Counted from the stretch's first letter, positions 15,957-25,577 are shown. The stretch: 64,000 nt of DNA from a virus (IMGVR_UViG_3300037722_001090), one strand, 5' to 3'. Translations and numbers: made by a program. The notes: generated by a model not told the origin, from the letters alone.

Positions 15957-17077
15957 CCAGCTTTGCACTGGTAAGTCGGGGCCTTAACTTAATACAATAG
16001 GCTTCTCCATATGCATTAACCAGTTTTCTCGAAATAAAATTAGCTGATTTCACAGGCAGCCGTACTAGGCTCTTTAAATAATTCCCGTTTCTTCACTTAG
16101 CCGGATAATTATACGGCACCAATAATTCGATAACCACAATAGGTATACATACTTCAGTCTTTGTCTAACCATCGTTGTTCCTGCCACCACTAGCTTACGG
16201 TTCTCAGATGGATTGCAAGAAAGATTTTAGGTGGATATCTCCCATATGCAATGACTAGACTCCTCTCACGAACGTCTTATTTGAGTATTATTAGACGTTA
16301 TCTTGCTCCTTATCACCGAACACAGCAGCAGCTTTATTATACCGTCCTCAATAGTGAGGGTTTCAGTGGCGCTGAACTAATCAACTGTGAACCAATTACG
16401 ACAATAAGGCAACGTTTCTCAACTCGACAAGATTTGGGGCCTTAGAATTTTGTATCTAGATAAATCAAGCGCTCTTCAGCATACCCCTTTTCAGTTACTT
16501 GGTTTATTGTCCCAAGCAAGTATACACCGCGTCATTGATTCCATATCCACGTCAGGACTTAGGAGTGCTTTTCGCACTAATCTATTACAGTCTCCCACAC
16601 TTTTTAGTTAAACTAAAAATATAAATACACTAGGTCAAAGGGAACGGCTACCTAGTATTGCCCGTCAAAGATATTTAGGCTCTATGATATACCCCTATTT
16701 GAAATCATAGACAGTCCATTGATCTTACGCTCAGTGTCAAGGACAAATTAAGCCAGATTTTCATCACTGTCCATTCAGTCACAGTCAACTCGTTAGTTAG
16801 TCGGACGTCTGTCATAGCTGGATACCAAATAAGACATCAATACTCGCCAGACAAAGTAAAGATGAATACTTACTCTTAAAAGCACCTTATTCCTATATTC
16901 GGTACAATCCTAAGACATTATCCCTCAAGTGGCCGGTTTATCCACGCTTCCCAGGTCATTCGTTATTGGAAGTATCCACTAGGATTGAGTAAGCACCAGT
17001 TGTTAGTCGGGAGATTGCACCATATCAGGCTACCCATAAATTTCTGCGAATTACAGCAGCAGGGACTAACAAGCTGG
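15957..17077 (-). ncRNA. candidate 1.1-kb large structured ncRNA
   Basis: No sense-strand ORF of 60 aa or more; ends CCAGCTT/AAGCTGG are complementary; many hairpins, including GTGC-GAAAA-GCAC. Confidence 0.5.
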
Positions 17078-18043
17078 TTAGTTGCTTGGTTTTTCAGGCC
17101 AAGCAAGGCTGGCAAGAACTCCACCAGTCAGCAGGGCGCCAACAATGGCGAGTGATGCCAGAGCAGAAATGTGAAACAGGTTAAAGGTACCAAAAATCAT
17201 CTTGGCACCGATAAAAACGAGTATGAAAATGATAGCCGTTTCCAAGTGACAGAGATAGCGCTTAGCGGCTGTCAGAAGAAAATACATGGACCGTAGTCCA
17301 AGAATGGCAAAGATGTTCGAGGTATAGACCAGGAACGGTTCACGAGTAACAGCGATAACAGCAGGTACGCTATCAAACGCAAACATAACATCACTTACTT
17401 CCAGACAAACAAGGCAGAGAAACAATGGTGTCACAGTCCATTTGCCGGAAACGTGAGTCAAAAAATTGTGTCCATCGAGATATGGATGAACCGGAAAGAT
17501 CTTTTTGGTCCACCGCACAACAGCATGGTTTGTATAGTCAATTTCCTCATCATCATCAGATGAAGAAGACGATTTCCACATTGCATAAGCCGTATAAAGC
17601 ACGATTACGCCAAATGCAAGAAGAACCCACTCACTCATGAGTGCGAGACTAGTACCAAGCCCGATAAACAAAAAACGCAACACCAGTGCTCCGATAATAC
17701 CATAGTACAGAACACGATGCTGATAGGCGTCTTTAACGCCAAAGGAGGCAAAGATTGCCATGAAGACAAACAAATTGTCAACTGCAAGGCTTTTCTCAAG
17801 CAGATATCCAGCAAGAAAAAGTGAAGACTTTTCCATGCCATGAAACACACCGAGATAGCCAGCAAAGGCAAGAGATACGGCAATCCAAATACCAGACCAG
17901 ATTGCAGCATTCTTAACACTGATAGGCTTGTCATCACCATGCGCCTTAAGATCGACGATCAACGCAGTAACGATAACAATTGCAAAAATAGCAACACTCC
18001 AGAGAGAGTAGCCACCAACAACACTCGCCAAATAGGCTTGCAT
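17078..18043 (-). CDS. terC: TerC/Alx-family integral membrane protein
   Basis: YLLEKSLAVDNLFVF, QHRVLYYGIIGALVLR, DVMFAFDSVPAVIAVT, VYTSNIFAILGLRSMYF. Confidence 0.95.
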   Translation of the reverse strand: MQAYLASVVGGYSLWSVAIFAIVIVTALIVDLKAHGDDKPISVKNAAIWSGIWIAVSLAFAGYLGVFHGMEKSSLFLAGYLLEKSLAVDNLFVFMAIFASFGVKDAYQHRVLYYGIIGALVLRFLFIGLGTSLALMSEWVLLAFGVIVLYTAYAMWKSSSSSDDDEEIDYTNHAVVRWTKKIFPVHPYLDGHNFLTHVSGKWTVTPLFLCLVCLEVSDVMFAFDSVPAVIAVTREPFLVYTSNIFAILGLRSMYFLLTAAKRYLCHLETAIIFILVFIGAKMIFGTFNLFHISALASLAIVGALLTGGVLASLAWPEKPSN

Positions 18044-18103
18044 CTGTGATTGTACCTTTCTAAAGAACTAGGGGCCCGTAGGCCCCCAGTAACTGTGCCG
18101 GGA

Positions 18104-18502
18104 TTAAATACCCAGCTCGACCATTTTGGACACGAGAGCGGCGTCCATGGAGACGGCGTTGGCCTTGATACCGGCGAGAAGAGCCCGCTCAACATCATCG
18201 ACCTGGCCATCGCTCATGATGGCTTTGATCAGATAGGACGCTTCGGCGGCATCCACGACACCGGGGGTTTTTTCGTCGTTGAGGCAGAAGGACGTGCCGG
18301 CCTTGACAACCAGGGAAGTGAACTCGGGGCATTTGGTTTTGGCGGACTCGTTCAGGTCGAAGAGGAAATCCATTTCCTCCTGATCGATCTTGCCATCGGC
18401 GAAGATGATGTCGCTGATTTTGGTGACTTCTTCGGCGTCAATTGCGCCATCGGCGAGGATGAGGGCTTTCAGTTCTTTGAGATCCATTTTTTTGTTCTCC
18501 AT
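18104..18502 (-). CDS. TerB-like protein
   Basis: LADGAIDAEE...FADGKIDQEE..FLFDL...SDGQVDDVER acidic repeats. Confidence 0.75.
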   Translation of the reverse strand: MENKKMDLKELKALILADGAIDAEEVTKISDIIFADGKIDQEEMDFLFDLNESAKTKCPEFTSLVVKAGTSFCLNDEKTPGVVDAAEASYLIKAIMSDGQVDDVERALLAGIKANAVSMDAALVSKMVELGI

Positions 18503-18543
18503 GTAAGAGGTTATTGATCGAATGGCTCATTGGCCACAATAAA

Positions 18544-18711
18544 CTACTGTGCGTTGATGCGAGACTGGATTTTGGCGCGTTGTTTTGCAGCGCCGATGCC
18601 CACACCGAGACGGCGGTCCAGATCAGCAAGCTGTTGCTGAGGAGTGAGGGAGTTCCATGCATTATTTCTTTCCACGGCTTCCCGTTTCTTCAAGCTTTCA
18701 TTATGCAGCAT
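18544..18711 (-). CDS. small conserved phage protein
   Basis: GGAG RBS before MLHNES; LTPQQQLADLDRRLG pattern. Confidence 0.6.
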   Translation of the reverse strand: MLHNESLKKREAVERNNAWNSLTPQQQLADLDRRLGVGIGAAKQRAKIQSRINAQ

Positions 18712-18826
18712 AATACTCCTTTTTGATGTTGATGGTTTAAAAAATCCACATATTTGAAATAAACCAAAAAGCACAAGCAAAGATAGTAAGAATAGTCTTC
18801 ATTTTAACTCCAAGATAGCATGATCA

Positions 18827-20236
18827 CTAATCTCCGGATGAAGCACCATCTCTACCTTCAGCGCCAATAGCATATCTTTTAGTAAACCCGATTAACTCAT
18901 CAACAGTGTTGTGGTTTGGGTTCATAGTGACATGTTCAAGCAGTGCCTTCAGTATTTCTCCGATAAGTGGTCCACGTTTCTTACCAACAATTGCCATAAC
19001 ATCATGGCCATTAATAGCAAGATCCTTCACTGATAGCGGATCTCCTGCTTCAATAATAGCAAGACATCGTGCTCTAAATTTAAAGAAATCCTCCATATTA
19101 AATGGAGGTCGACTTGAAACTGAATCTGCAAACTGAAGGCAGAACAGATTTTCAAGATTGTCAACACCTACTCGGCGGATGAACTTACGTGCACCACTAT
19201 CAGGCATTGTATGATGTCGGTTCATATGTTCACGAATGATAATACAAACCCGATCCCGAAGATGGCACGGATAATTTAACCGATCCTGCCCAAGAATAGC
19301 AAATGCCATTGTCTCACTCTTCAATTGATGCATATAGTAATGACCAACACCATCATCACCAAAGCTTTGAGTGTGTACCTTACCGATATCATGTAACAGA
19401 CCACCTAAACGCTGTTCTATTACCTTATCAGTCATCTCCATTGCACGGAGAGAATGCTCAAGAAGATCCCATCTGTGATGAGGATTCTTTTGATCATACT
19501 TGTACATAGCAGCAACTTCAGGAAGGATCTCCTTACAGAGCCCTGTCTTAAGAAGCAAGCGCATGCCTTCAGCACAATGATCAGAAAGTAATATTTGATC
19601 GAGTTCCATGCGAATAGCATCACCAGAACAATGCGTAACTAGGCTTGCATGATCACAGAGCGCATCGAAGGTCACTTTATCAATGCTAAATTGCTTTGTA
19701 GTCGCCTGCCTTACTGCTCGCATCATACGTAGCTTATCTTGCTTGAATCGATCTGCTGGGTTACCAATAGCACGAATGACTTTTTTCTCACAGTCATCTA
19801 TGCCACCAACCCAGTCCAGTATTACACCTTCAATGTCCATAAATAGCCCATTGACAGTAAAATCCCTACGAATAACATCGTCATAAGGATTGAGTGAAAA
19901 CGTTACAGCTTCTGGCCTACGACCATCGCCTTCTTCGCTATCTAGCCTGAATGTTGTAACTTCACACTCCTGCGTAACAGCAAGGCGAATAGTAATAGTA
20001 CCATACTTACCACCAGTGTCATATGCGAGATTGCCAAACATATTCATGACTTCTTTTGGAGTTGCACTTGTAGCAACATCCCAGTCATGAGGCTCAAGAT
20101 TAAGCAGAAGGTCACGAATAGCACCTCCTGCCACAAAAGCAAGATGATCTTGTTTGTGAAGATGTTCAAGAATAGCACGTACATGACTTGGTATTAAAGA
20201 TGGGTTTATTTGCATCATATCTGGTTCAGGAATCAT
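18827..20236 (-). CDS. cca: CCA-adding tRNA nucleotidyltransferase with HD domain
   Basis: GGAIRD...DWDVAT, VTTFR, RRDFTVNG, DKLRMMRAVR, LLHDIGK. Confidence 0.93.
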   Translation of the reverse strand: MIPEPDMMQINPSLIPSHVRAILEHLHKQDHLAFVAGGAIRDLLLNLEPHDWDVATSATPKEVMNMFGNLAYDTGGKYGTITIRLAVTQECEVTTFRLDSEEGDGRRPEAVTFSLNPYDDVIRRDFTVNGLFMDIEGVILDWVGGIDDCEKKVIRAIGNPADRFKQDKLRMMRAVRQATTKQFSIDKVTFDALCDHASLVTHCSGDAIRMELDQILLSDHCAEGMRLLLKTGLCKEILPEVAAMYKYDQKNPHHRWDLLEHSLRAMEMTDKVIEQRLGGLLHDIGKVHTQSFGDDGVGHYYMHQLKSETMAFAILGQDRLNYPCHLRDRVCIIIREHMNRHHTMPDSGARKFIRRVGVDNLENLFCLQFADSVSSRPPFNMEDFFKFRARCLAIIEAGDPLSVKDLAINGHDVMAIVGKKRGPLIGEILKALLEHVTMNPNHNTVDELIGFTKRYAIGAEGRDGASSGD

Positions 20237-20670
20237 CAGTTTTTCTTCCTTAATGGCAAAACTTTAGCATCAGCTTCGCCAAGATCAAATGGCCACTGAT
20301 CTCTTGATGTTATACTAAGCATTGAAAGGCATTTTCTTGCTACACGAAGCCAGTATCCCTCTTCTGTCTCCCAAGAAGTAGCACGATCTGCAAGCTTAGA
20401 ACCGGCCTTCCAAGTATTCCTTGGATGAATATCACTAACAAACTCGATAAACATACGATCATCAGAGCAGGCAGCAATGTGAGTATAAGTCATCTCAAGA
20501 AGCTTGACGACAATACATTCATCTTCAAGATGCTCAGCACTTACTGCACACCACTGACTATGAATCTGTTTCAGGTCGTCAAAGATGTTTTCAGACCGAT
20601 GATAGTGACCCTTGGCATACAGATAGTAATGACGCAAAGGGTTGAGCTTACTCGTATCCATAAAAATCAT
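20236..20670 (-). CDS. hypothetical protein
   Basis: ORF abutting the cca start (translational coupling). Confidence 0.7.
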   Translation of the reverse strand: MIFMDTSKLNPLRHYYLYAKGHYHRSENIFDDLKQIHSQWCAVSAEHLEDECIVVKLLEMTYTHIAACSDDRMFIEFVSDIHPRNTWKAGSKLADRATSWETEEGYWLRVARKCLSMLSITSRDQWPFDLGEADAKVLPLRKKN

Positions 20671-21385
20671 CTCCTAGCTTAATAATTGAATTATACAAGC
20701 CAATGAATTTCGAATGCATTTGACAGTCTACATGCATATGCCCATGGTACCATTTTTTAAAACGTAAAACTTGTGACATATCGCGTAAGTGCAAAGATAC
20801 AAAATCTATATCTGCCTTACTATGATGTGACAGTCCTAGATAATAATCAAGAATATGCTCAGGAGCCGTATGTGAAATAACATAATCAACACTTTCGTGT
20901 TTCATAATGTTCTTCCATGCAAGATCAAGCTCCTCTGCGCTAGGATATTCCCTAGCCCACCATCCCTTATTACCTGATTTCTTTTCAAACGCTAACCTAT
21001 TTTCTTTATCGATTGAAAGTCCACCACCAAAGGTGAATATACGATCACCGTTAATAGTATAAATACGACCACGACGAAGATGAAGAACTGATTCACGAAC
21101 CACGCCAACATCAGAACCGTAACGCTCTTCAGTTGGTAAGGCATCTAGCAAATCATAGTTTTCATGATTACCATCGATATAAAGCAATGTAAATGGCAAG
21201 TCATTCATCCAGTCCAGCCACCATTTCTCTGATCTATCATTACACCACAGCCACCCGAAATCTCCTGCTATTATAACAGTATCTTTCTTCGTAAAGCCTT
21301 TGCCATGGTGAAACTTAGATCCTAACTTTTGTGTATCCTGGACAATACCATGTGTATCACCAGTAATCATATTGATACCATTCAT
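20648..21385 (-). CDS. calcineurin-like metallophosphoesterase
   Basis: GDTHG, GDFG, DGNHEN, SHTAP, HGHMH motifs. Confidence 0.92.
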   Translation of the reverse strand: MNGINMITGDTHGIVQDTQKLGSKFHHGKGFTKKDTVIIAGDFGWLWCNDRSEKWWLDWMNDLPFTLLYIDGNHENYDLLDALPTEERYGSDVGVVRESVLHLRRGRIYTINGDRIFTFGGGLSIDKENRLAFEKKSGNKGWWAREYPSAEELDLAWKNIMKHESVDYVISHTAPEHILDYYLGLSHHSKADIDFVSLHLRDMSQVLRFKKWYHGHMHVDCQMHSKFIGLYNSIIKLGDDFYGYE

Positions 21386-21401
21386 GGTAATCTCCTAAAA
21401 T

Positions 21402-21531
21402 TGGGAGGGGGAGGTAGGAATCGAACCTACAATCTCAGCCTTTACATGTTCTCAACGCATGTGGGATACTACTAGGCACTCATGATTACCTATTTTCACC
21501 AGCTGGGCTTTACCAATTAAGCTACTCCCCC
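21402..21531 (-). tRNA. tRNA with about 60 nt inserted in the anticodon loop
   Basis: GGGGGAG/CTCCCCC acceptor, GCTT-AATTGGTA-AAGC D arm, GTAGG-TTCGATT-CCTAC T arm; CAGCT/GGCTG stem encloses about 60 nt. Confidence 0.75.
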
Positions 21532-21563
21532 ATAAATGTACGGGGTCCGAAGACCCCTTTTTT

Positions 21564-21704
21564 TTAAAGCCCGAAATCAAACCTGTCATCGATATGCTCA
21601 ACTTCAGCAACCTGCTTATCCAAAGAGAGCCTCTCTTTAGTATCACGAACAGCTGCTTTGATATGATCCTCAGTTTCACCATCGATTCCAAAAGACGTTT
21701 GCAT
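21564..21704 (-). CDS. 46-aa hypothetical protein (below ORF-track cutoff)
   Basis: AGGAGG RBS, MQTSFGIDGETEDHIK... Confidence 0.6.
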   Translation of the reverse strand: MQTSFGIDGETEDHIKAAVRDTKERLSLDKQVAEVEHIDDRFDFGL

Positions 21705-21764
21705 GCCAACCTCCTTGTAAAGTTGATCTTCCGGGAGTGGAAGCCGAACAAGAATAGCAAGAGC

Positions 21765-21902
21765 TTAACTTGTGAGAAATTTCAGAAGCGCACAGATAAG
21801 CAGATACGCAATATATCCTCCAAAACTCAAAAAGCAGAGAACAACGATCACAATGATCAGTTCAATGATAGTATAGCCTTTTTCGCTTTTAACAAGATCC
21901 AT
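21765..21902 (-). CDS. 45-aa type IV pilin-like peptide (below ORF-track cutoff)
   Basis: AGGAG RBS; MDLVKSEKG^YTIIELIIVIVVLCFL... class III signal-peptide pattern. Confidence 0.7.
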   Translation of the reverse strand: MDLVKSEKGYTIIELIIVIVVLCFLSFGGYIAYLLICALLKFLTS

Positions 21903-22042
21903 CTTTAATCTCCTTAAAGAAACATGATTGTTACATCTTCGCCACTAAGCTCTTCCTCGATTATTGATTTAACGATAGAAAAATCACCACCAGCAAGTCC
22001 GCAGTCACTAGTTATTAACATGCATACACTGGAGGTGTTAAT

Positions 22043-22816
22043 ATGACAACATTTATTTATGCATTAAAAGATCCTCTTACTGATAAAGTTAGATATATTG
22101 GGAAGTCCAATAATCCAAAATTAAGATATTATGCTCACTTATCTCATGCTAAAAAAACAAGAAACAAAACTCATAGAGATTCATGGATTATTTCTTTACT
22201 TAATCAAAATCTTAAACCAATTTTATTTGTAATAGAGGAAACTACAGATGAGCTTTGGAAAGAACGTGAACGTTATTACATTTCTCGATATTCAAATTTA
22301 ACTAATCATACTATTGGTGGCGAAGGAGCAGAAGGATTTAAGCATAGTAAAGAAACAAGAATTTTATTCTCTAAAATTAGAACTGGTTCACGAAATTCTT
22401 TCTATGGTAAATCACATACAAAAGAAGCTAAAGAGCTATTTTCTAAAAACAGAGTAGGCAAACGACTTGGAGCTGAGAATTCTTTTTATGGAAAGGGACA
22501 CACAAAAGAAACCAAGCAAAAACTTTCAGAAATAGGGTATAAAAGATGGACAGAAGGAAGTATACACTTACCGCCAGTAATGAAAGGAGAAAATAATTAT
22601 TTTTCATTACATAGAATTTTTATATCCCCAAACGGAGAAATATATAACGTTTATACATTTAGGAAATTTTGCAAAGAGCATGATCTTTCTGATATGATAT
22701 GTAGGGAAAATATTAATAAAGGTAAGATATTTTTAATATCTTCTGAATTATATCAAAAAACAAAATCAAAAAGAAAATGTAATAATTGTATTGGATGGGA
22801 AATTATAGAACCATAA
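22043..22816 (+). CDS. GIY-YIG homing endonuclease with NUMOD3 repeats
   Basis: FIYALKDP...RYIGKS, YISRY..LTN...GGEG, HSKETR/HTKEAK/HTKETK repeats, NSFYGK. Confidence 0.9.
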   Translation: MTTFIYALKDPLTDKVRYIGKSNNPKLRYYAHLSHAKKTRNKTHRDSWIISLLNQNLKPILFVIEETTDELWKERERYYISRYSNLTNHTIGGEGAEGFKHSKETRILFSKIRTGSRNSFYGKSHTKEAKELFSKNRVGKRLGAENSFYGKGHTKETKQKLSEIGYKRWTEGSIHLPPVMKGENNYFSLHRIFISPNGEIYNVYTFRKFCKEHDLSDMICRENINKGKIFLISSELYQKTKSKRKCNNCIGWEIIEP

Positions 22817-22926
22817 TAGTAATGTTTTCATTTCCTTGTTTCATTTTAATACTCATATATTCTCCTATTTTTATTTCTAGTATTTAATAATACACTTAAT
22901 AATAACTATTAAGTGCACTAAAAGTA

Positions 22927-23469
22927 CTAGACAGGAAGGTGATGATCGGCCATGAGATTGCAGACTTCATCTTTGAGATTGACAATCTCAAAATTCTGAA
23001 GAATATCGAAGAATGATTCGATCTCTTCAATACTTGCCAGCCGAAGATTGGCGTGTTCTGTCTCGTCGAGATAGGTATGTTTGCCATACGCCAACAATAT
23101 TTCAGCATCACCATCTCTGTGATCCGAAACATACATGCAGACCTTGGCATTGCAATTACATTCGGTATTATACAGGTCATCGAAAGAGAAAAGAGTTCCA
23201 TATTCATATGGAAACTTCTTCTTCTCTTTCTTTTTGGTGCCACTAACCGAAATCGGCATACCAGTCACGACAGTCAGGAGATCTGCAACATCCTGTCTTG
23301 CTCCGGAGCAAAGATTGCTCATTCCGCAAATGGCATCACCAATAGCAACAGCCAAAAGCTGGTGTTCATCAGCTTTAATCATAACCTCTTCAGGCTCAGA
23401 AGCTTTCACCCTTGCAGCATGAGTAACCTTCATGCCAGTCTCTTTAAGAAATTTTTGATCGATACTCAT
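22927..23469 (-). CDS. hypothetical protein
   Basis: GGAG RBS, 180 aa. Confidence 0.7.
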   Translation of the reverse strand: MSIDQKFLKETGMKVTHAARVKASEPEEVMIKADEHQLLAVAIGDAICGMSNLCSGARQDVADLLTVVTGMPISVSGTKKKEKKKFPYEYGTLFSFDDLYNTECNCNAKVCMYVSDHRDGDAEILLAYGKHTYLDETEHANLRLASIEEIESFFDILQNFEIVNLKDEVCNLMADHHLPV

Positions 23470-23481
23470 TGTATCTTCTCC

Positions 23482-23838
23482 TTAGTTAGTGTTACTAGCC
23501 TTAATAATCAATATGGGGCACCAATTAGGCACAGGTTTCATGTCACGAGCACCTTCAACATATCCCATAATTTTTTTTCTACCAATATCCGTATGTATAC
23601 AGAAATGATCTGTTGCATACCCAGCATTAGGAGTGGCCTGTTCATTTTCAAATGGACAAGAAAATCTTCCTCCATAGTTACGCCCATCAATAGATGTGCA
23701 CGTAACACGAGTGATTACTGTTGCTGTAGCTTCAATTATCTTTTCTTTCATTAGCATATGCTCCTGGGCAAAAGAGGAATTCACGAGCAGGACAGCCTTT
23801 ATCGTGATCAGATTGTTCAATAGAGCACTCTTCTCCAC
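23482..23838 (-). CDS. Cys-rich hypothetical protein
   Basis: ORF, co-oriented. Confidence 0.55.
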   Translation of the reverse strand: MEKSALLNNLITIKAVLLVNSSFAQEHMLMKEKIIEATATVITRVTCTSIDGRNYGGRFSCPFENEQATPNAGYATDHFCIHTDIGRKKIMGYVEGARDMKPVPNWCPILIIKASNTN

Positions 23839-24129
23839 ACGTACAAAGCTTCTCTACTGTATCTTCAATGTAGCGTTTCATTAATCCCATTTTATACCTC
23901 CTATTCAATCCATTTCATTATTAAATGAAAAAGAGAATCTGCGAATAGTGTTGCACCAACTATAAACACTATACCCTCATGGGATGTTTTTTTATAATAA
24001 CTAACACCTATAAAGGCAAGTATTACACAGACAATAATGATAATGATTTCATGTAACGGCATATATTAACTCCTTTTCAATTTAAACACTTAAGATACCA
24101 CTCTGTTAATAGAGTAGTATATTAAACAT

Positions 24130-24393
24130 TTAAGAAGGAGTACTGAGTCCATACTGCAATTCGAGCAGCTTATTATCAGCAACAGGATCACAGGTAATGT
24201 TAAGGCTTTCGCTCATGCCATGGCAATAACCTGTACCATTATCAATGGTAACAAATCCAGCGCTTGTCACAACTTTCCAAGGACTAGCTCCACGGCTTCT
24301 TCTATTAATAGAAGCAACTTCTTTATGAATGATTGACATGGGGAACAAGAGCATTTCGCACTTGTCGAATACGATATATTTAACTCGCTTCAT
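24130..24393 (-). CDS. hypothetical protein
   Basis: Start at MKRVKY, coupled to the upstream gene. Confidence 0.55.
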   Translation of the reverse strand: MKRVKYIVFDKCEMLLFPMSIIHKEVASINRRSRGASPWKVVTSAGFVTIDNGTGYCHGMSESLNITCDPVADNKLLELQYGLSTPS

Positions 24394-24893
24394 CTGGAAT
24401 CCCTTTCTATTGCTGGGCACTGCTGTAAGCGGTAACACCGGCAACCAAGATGATTACTATCTTTTGTCCAATAATAACATTGAAGACAATCATTCTTAAC
24501 AAGTGAGTTTGCACGCAATGTACGCAATTCATCCAAAGCATGTAAGCAGTGATGAAAATTACCAGCATCAGTGAATGCACGACGATGATCTCTATCGTAT
24601 TTTACATCATACTTCTTAAACCATTCTTCAATCATTAGATGATCAACAAGCTGAGAACACCCATGATAGAAGCCAACTCGAACGTTATCGATATAAAACC
24701 AGGACACTGAAATAACCACAGAACGATCATTAACATGACCAACAGTTATATTTAGCCCTGTAAGAATTTGCTTCCAGACATAATCTTTATGAAACTTAGC
24801 CCATAACTCATGTCTTGAGAATGAGTCAGCTTCAACCCAGAATTGAGTATTGGTAAAGCATTCTTCACCCGAATACGGATCTGTTATTTGCAT
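24390..24893 (-). CDS. hypothetical protein
   Basis: AAGGA RBS, 167 aa. Confidence 0.7.
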   Translation of the reverse strand: MQITDPYSGEECFTNTQFWVEADSFSRHELWAKFHKDYVWKQILTGLNITVGHVNDRSVVISVSWFYIDNVRVGFYHGCSQLVDHLMIEEWFKKYDVKYDRDHRRAFTDAGNFHHCLHALDELRTLRANSLVKNDCLQCYYWTKDSNHLGCRCYRLQQCPAIERDSR

Positions 24894-24897
24894 AGCA

Positions 24898-25254
24898 TTA
24901 TCCTTTTATTGACTGAAAAGCTTGCTTTCTTGCAGCAGCAGCCATGGCATCATCAGCTGCCTTTTTCAGGTAATCCTTGTAGTTGTCTTCGATATACTGC
25001 TCGAGAAACAACTTTGCTTCGGCAGAGAGAAGAGCACTGTCTACCGCGTCGGTTACCATGTCATTAAGCATGCCAGCATCAGGATCGACGGTCCAACCAC
25101 GATCCTTATTAGACTGTCTTTCACGCTTTGACATGGAGTAAAGACGGAGAGTATTATGAATTACCTCCATGCCAGTATCCGAAAGCTTCCTGAATGCGAG
25201 CTTTGTAAGCTCATCTTTAACTTTTGTGAAATCGATATCAAGACGAACGCTCAT
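24898..25254 (-). CDS. hypothetical protein
   Basis: AAGGAG RBS. Confidence 0.7.
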   Translation of the reverse strand: MSVRLDIDFTKVKDELTKLAFRKLSDTGMEVIHNTLRLYSMSKRERQSNKDRGWTVDPDAGMLNDMVTDAVDSALLSAEAKLFLEQYIEDNYKDYLKKAADDAMAAAARKQAFQSIKG

Positions 25255-25263
25255 AACTACTCC

Positions 25264-25572
25264 TTATAGTTTTTTACCAAGCTTCTCATCAAGCTCTTTG
25301 TGGAAATCAGCAAACATCTTATCGATAGTTGCTGCTCCATCAATCATAACCCGAATAAGAGGATCGATAGTTTTGTCAGAAGAACTATCTACTGCTTCTT
25401 CCAAAGGACAGAATTCCGGGAAGCTCAAGTAGTTATTGCAAGTCTTCTCCTCATCAGGCACGCCAGCAAGAGCATCATGCATACATACGTCAAGTCGACG
25501 AAAACGCTCTTCACGACAATAAGGACATGTATCACTACATGCCTCAATTTCAACAACTCTCTTACTTGCCAT
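25264..25572 (-). CDS. Cys-rich hypothetical protein
   Basis: AGGAG RBS; C..CPYC...C...C..FPEFCPL. Confidence 0.65.
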   Translation of the reverse strand: MASKRVVEIEACSDTCPYCREERFRRLDVCMHDALAGVPDEEKTCNNYLSFPEFCPLEEAVDSSSDKTIDPLIRVMIDGAATIDKMFADFHKELDEKLGKKL

Positions 25573-25577
25573 ATAAG

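Noticed and set aside
15957-17077. Group I or group II intron
   Set aside because: It does not interrupt a gene, I found no domain V consensus, and only an isolated GAGACTG resembles group I P7; kept as an unclassified ncRNA candidate
3539-20176. AGAATAGCA copies inside coding regions as regulatory sites
   Set aside because: In frame they read GCT-ATT-CTT (Ala-Ile-Leu) on the minus strand, so codon usage can explain them; only intergenic copies were kept
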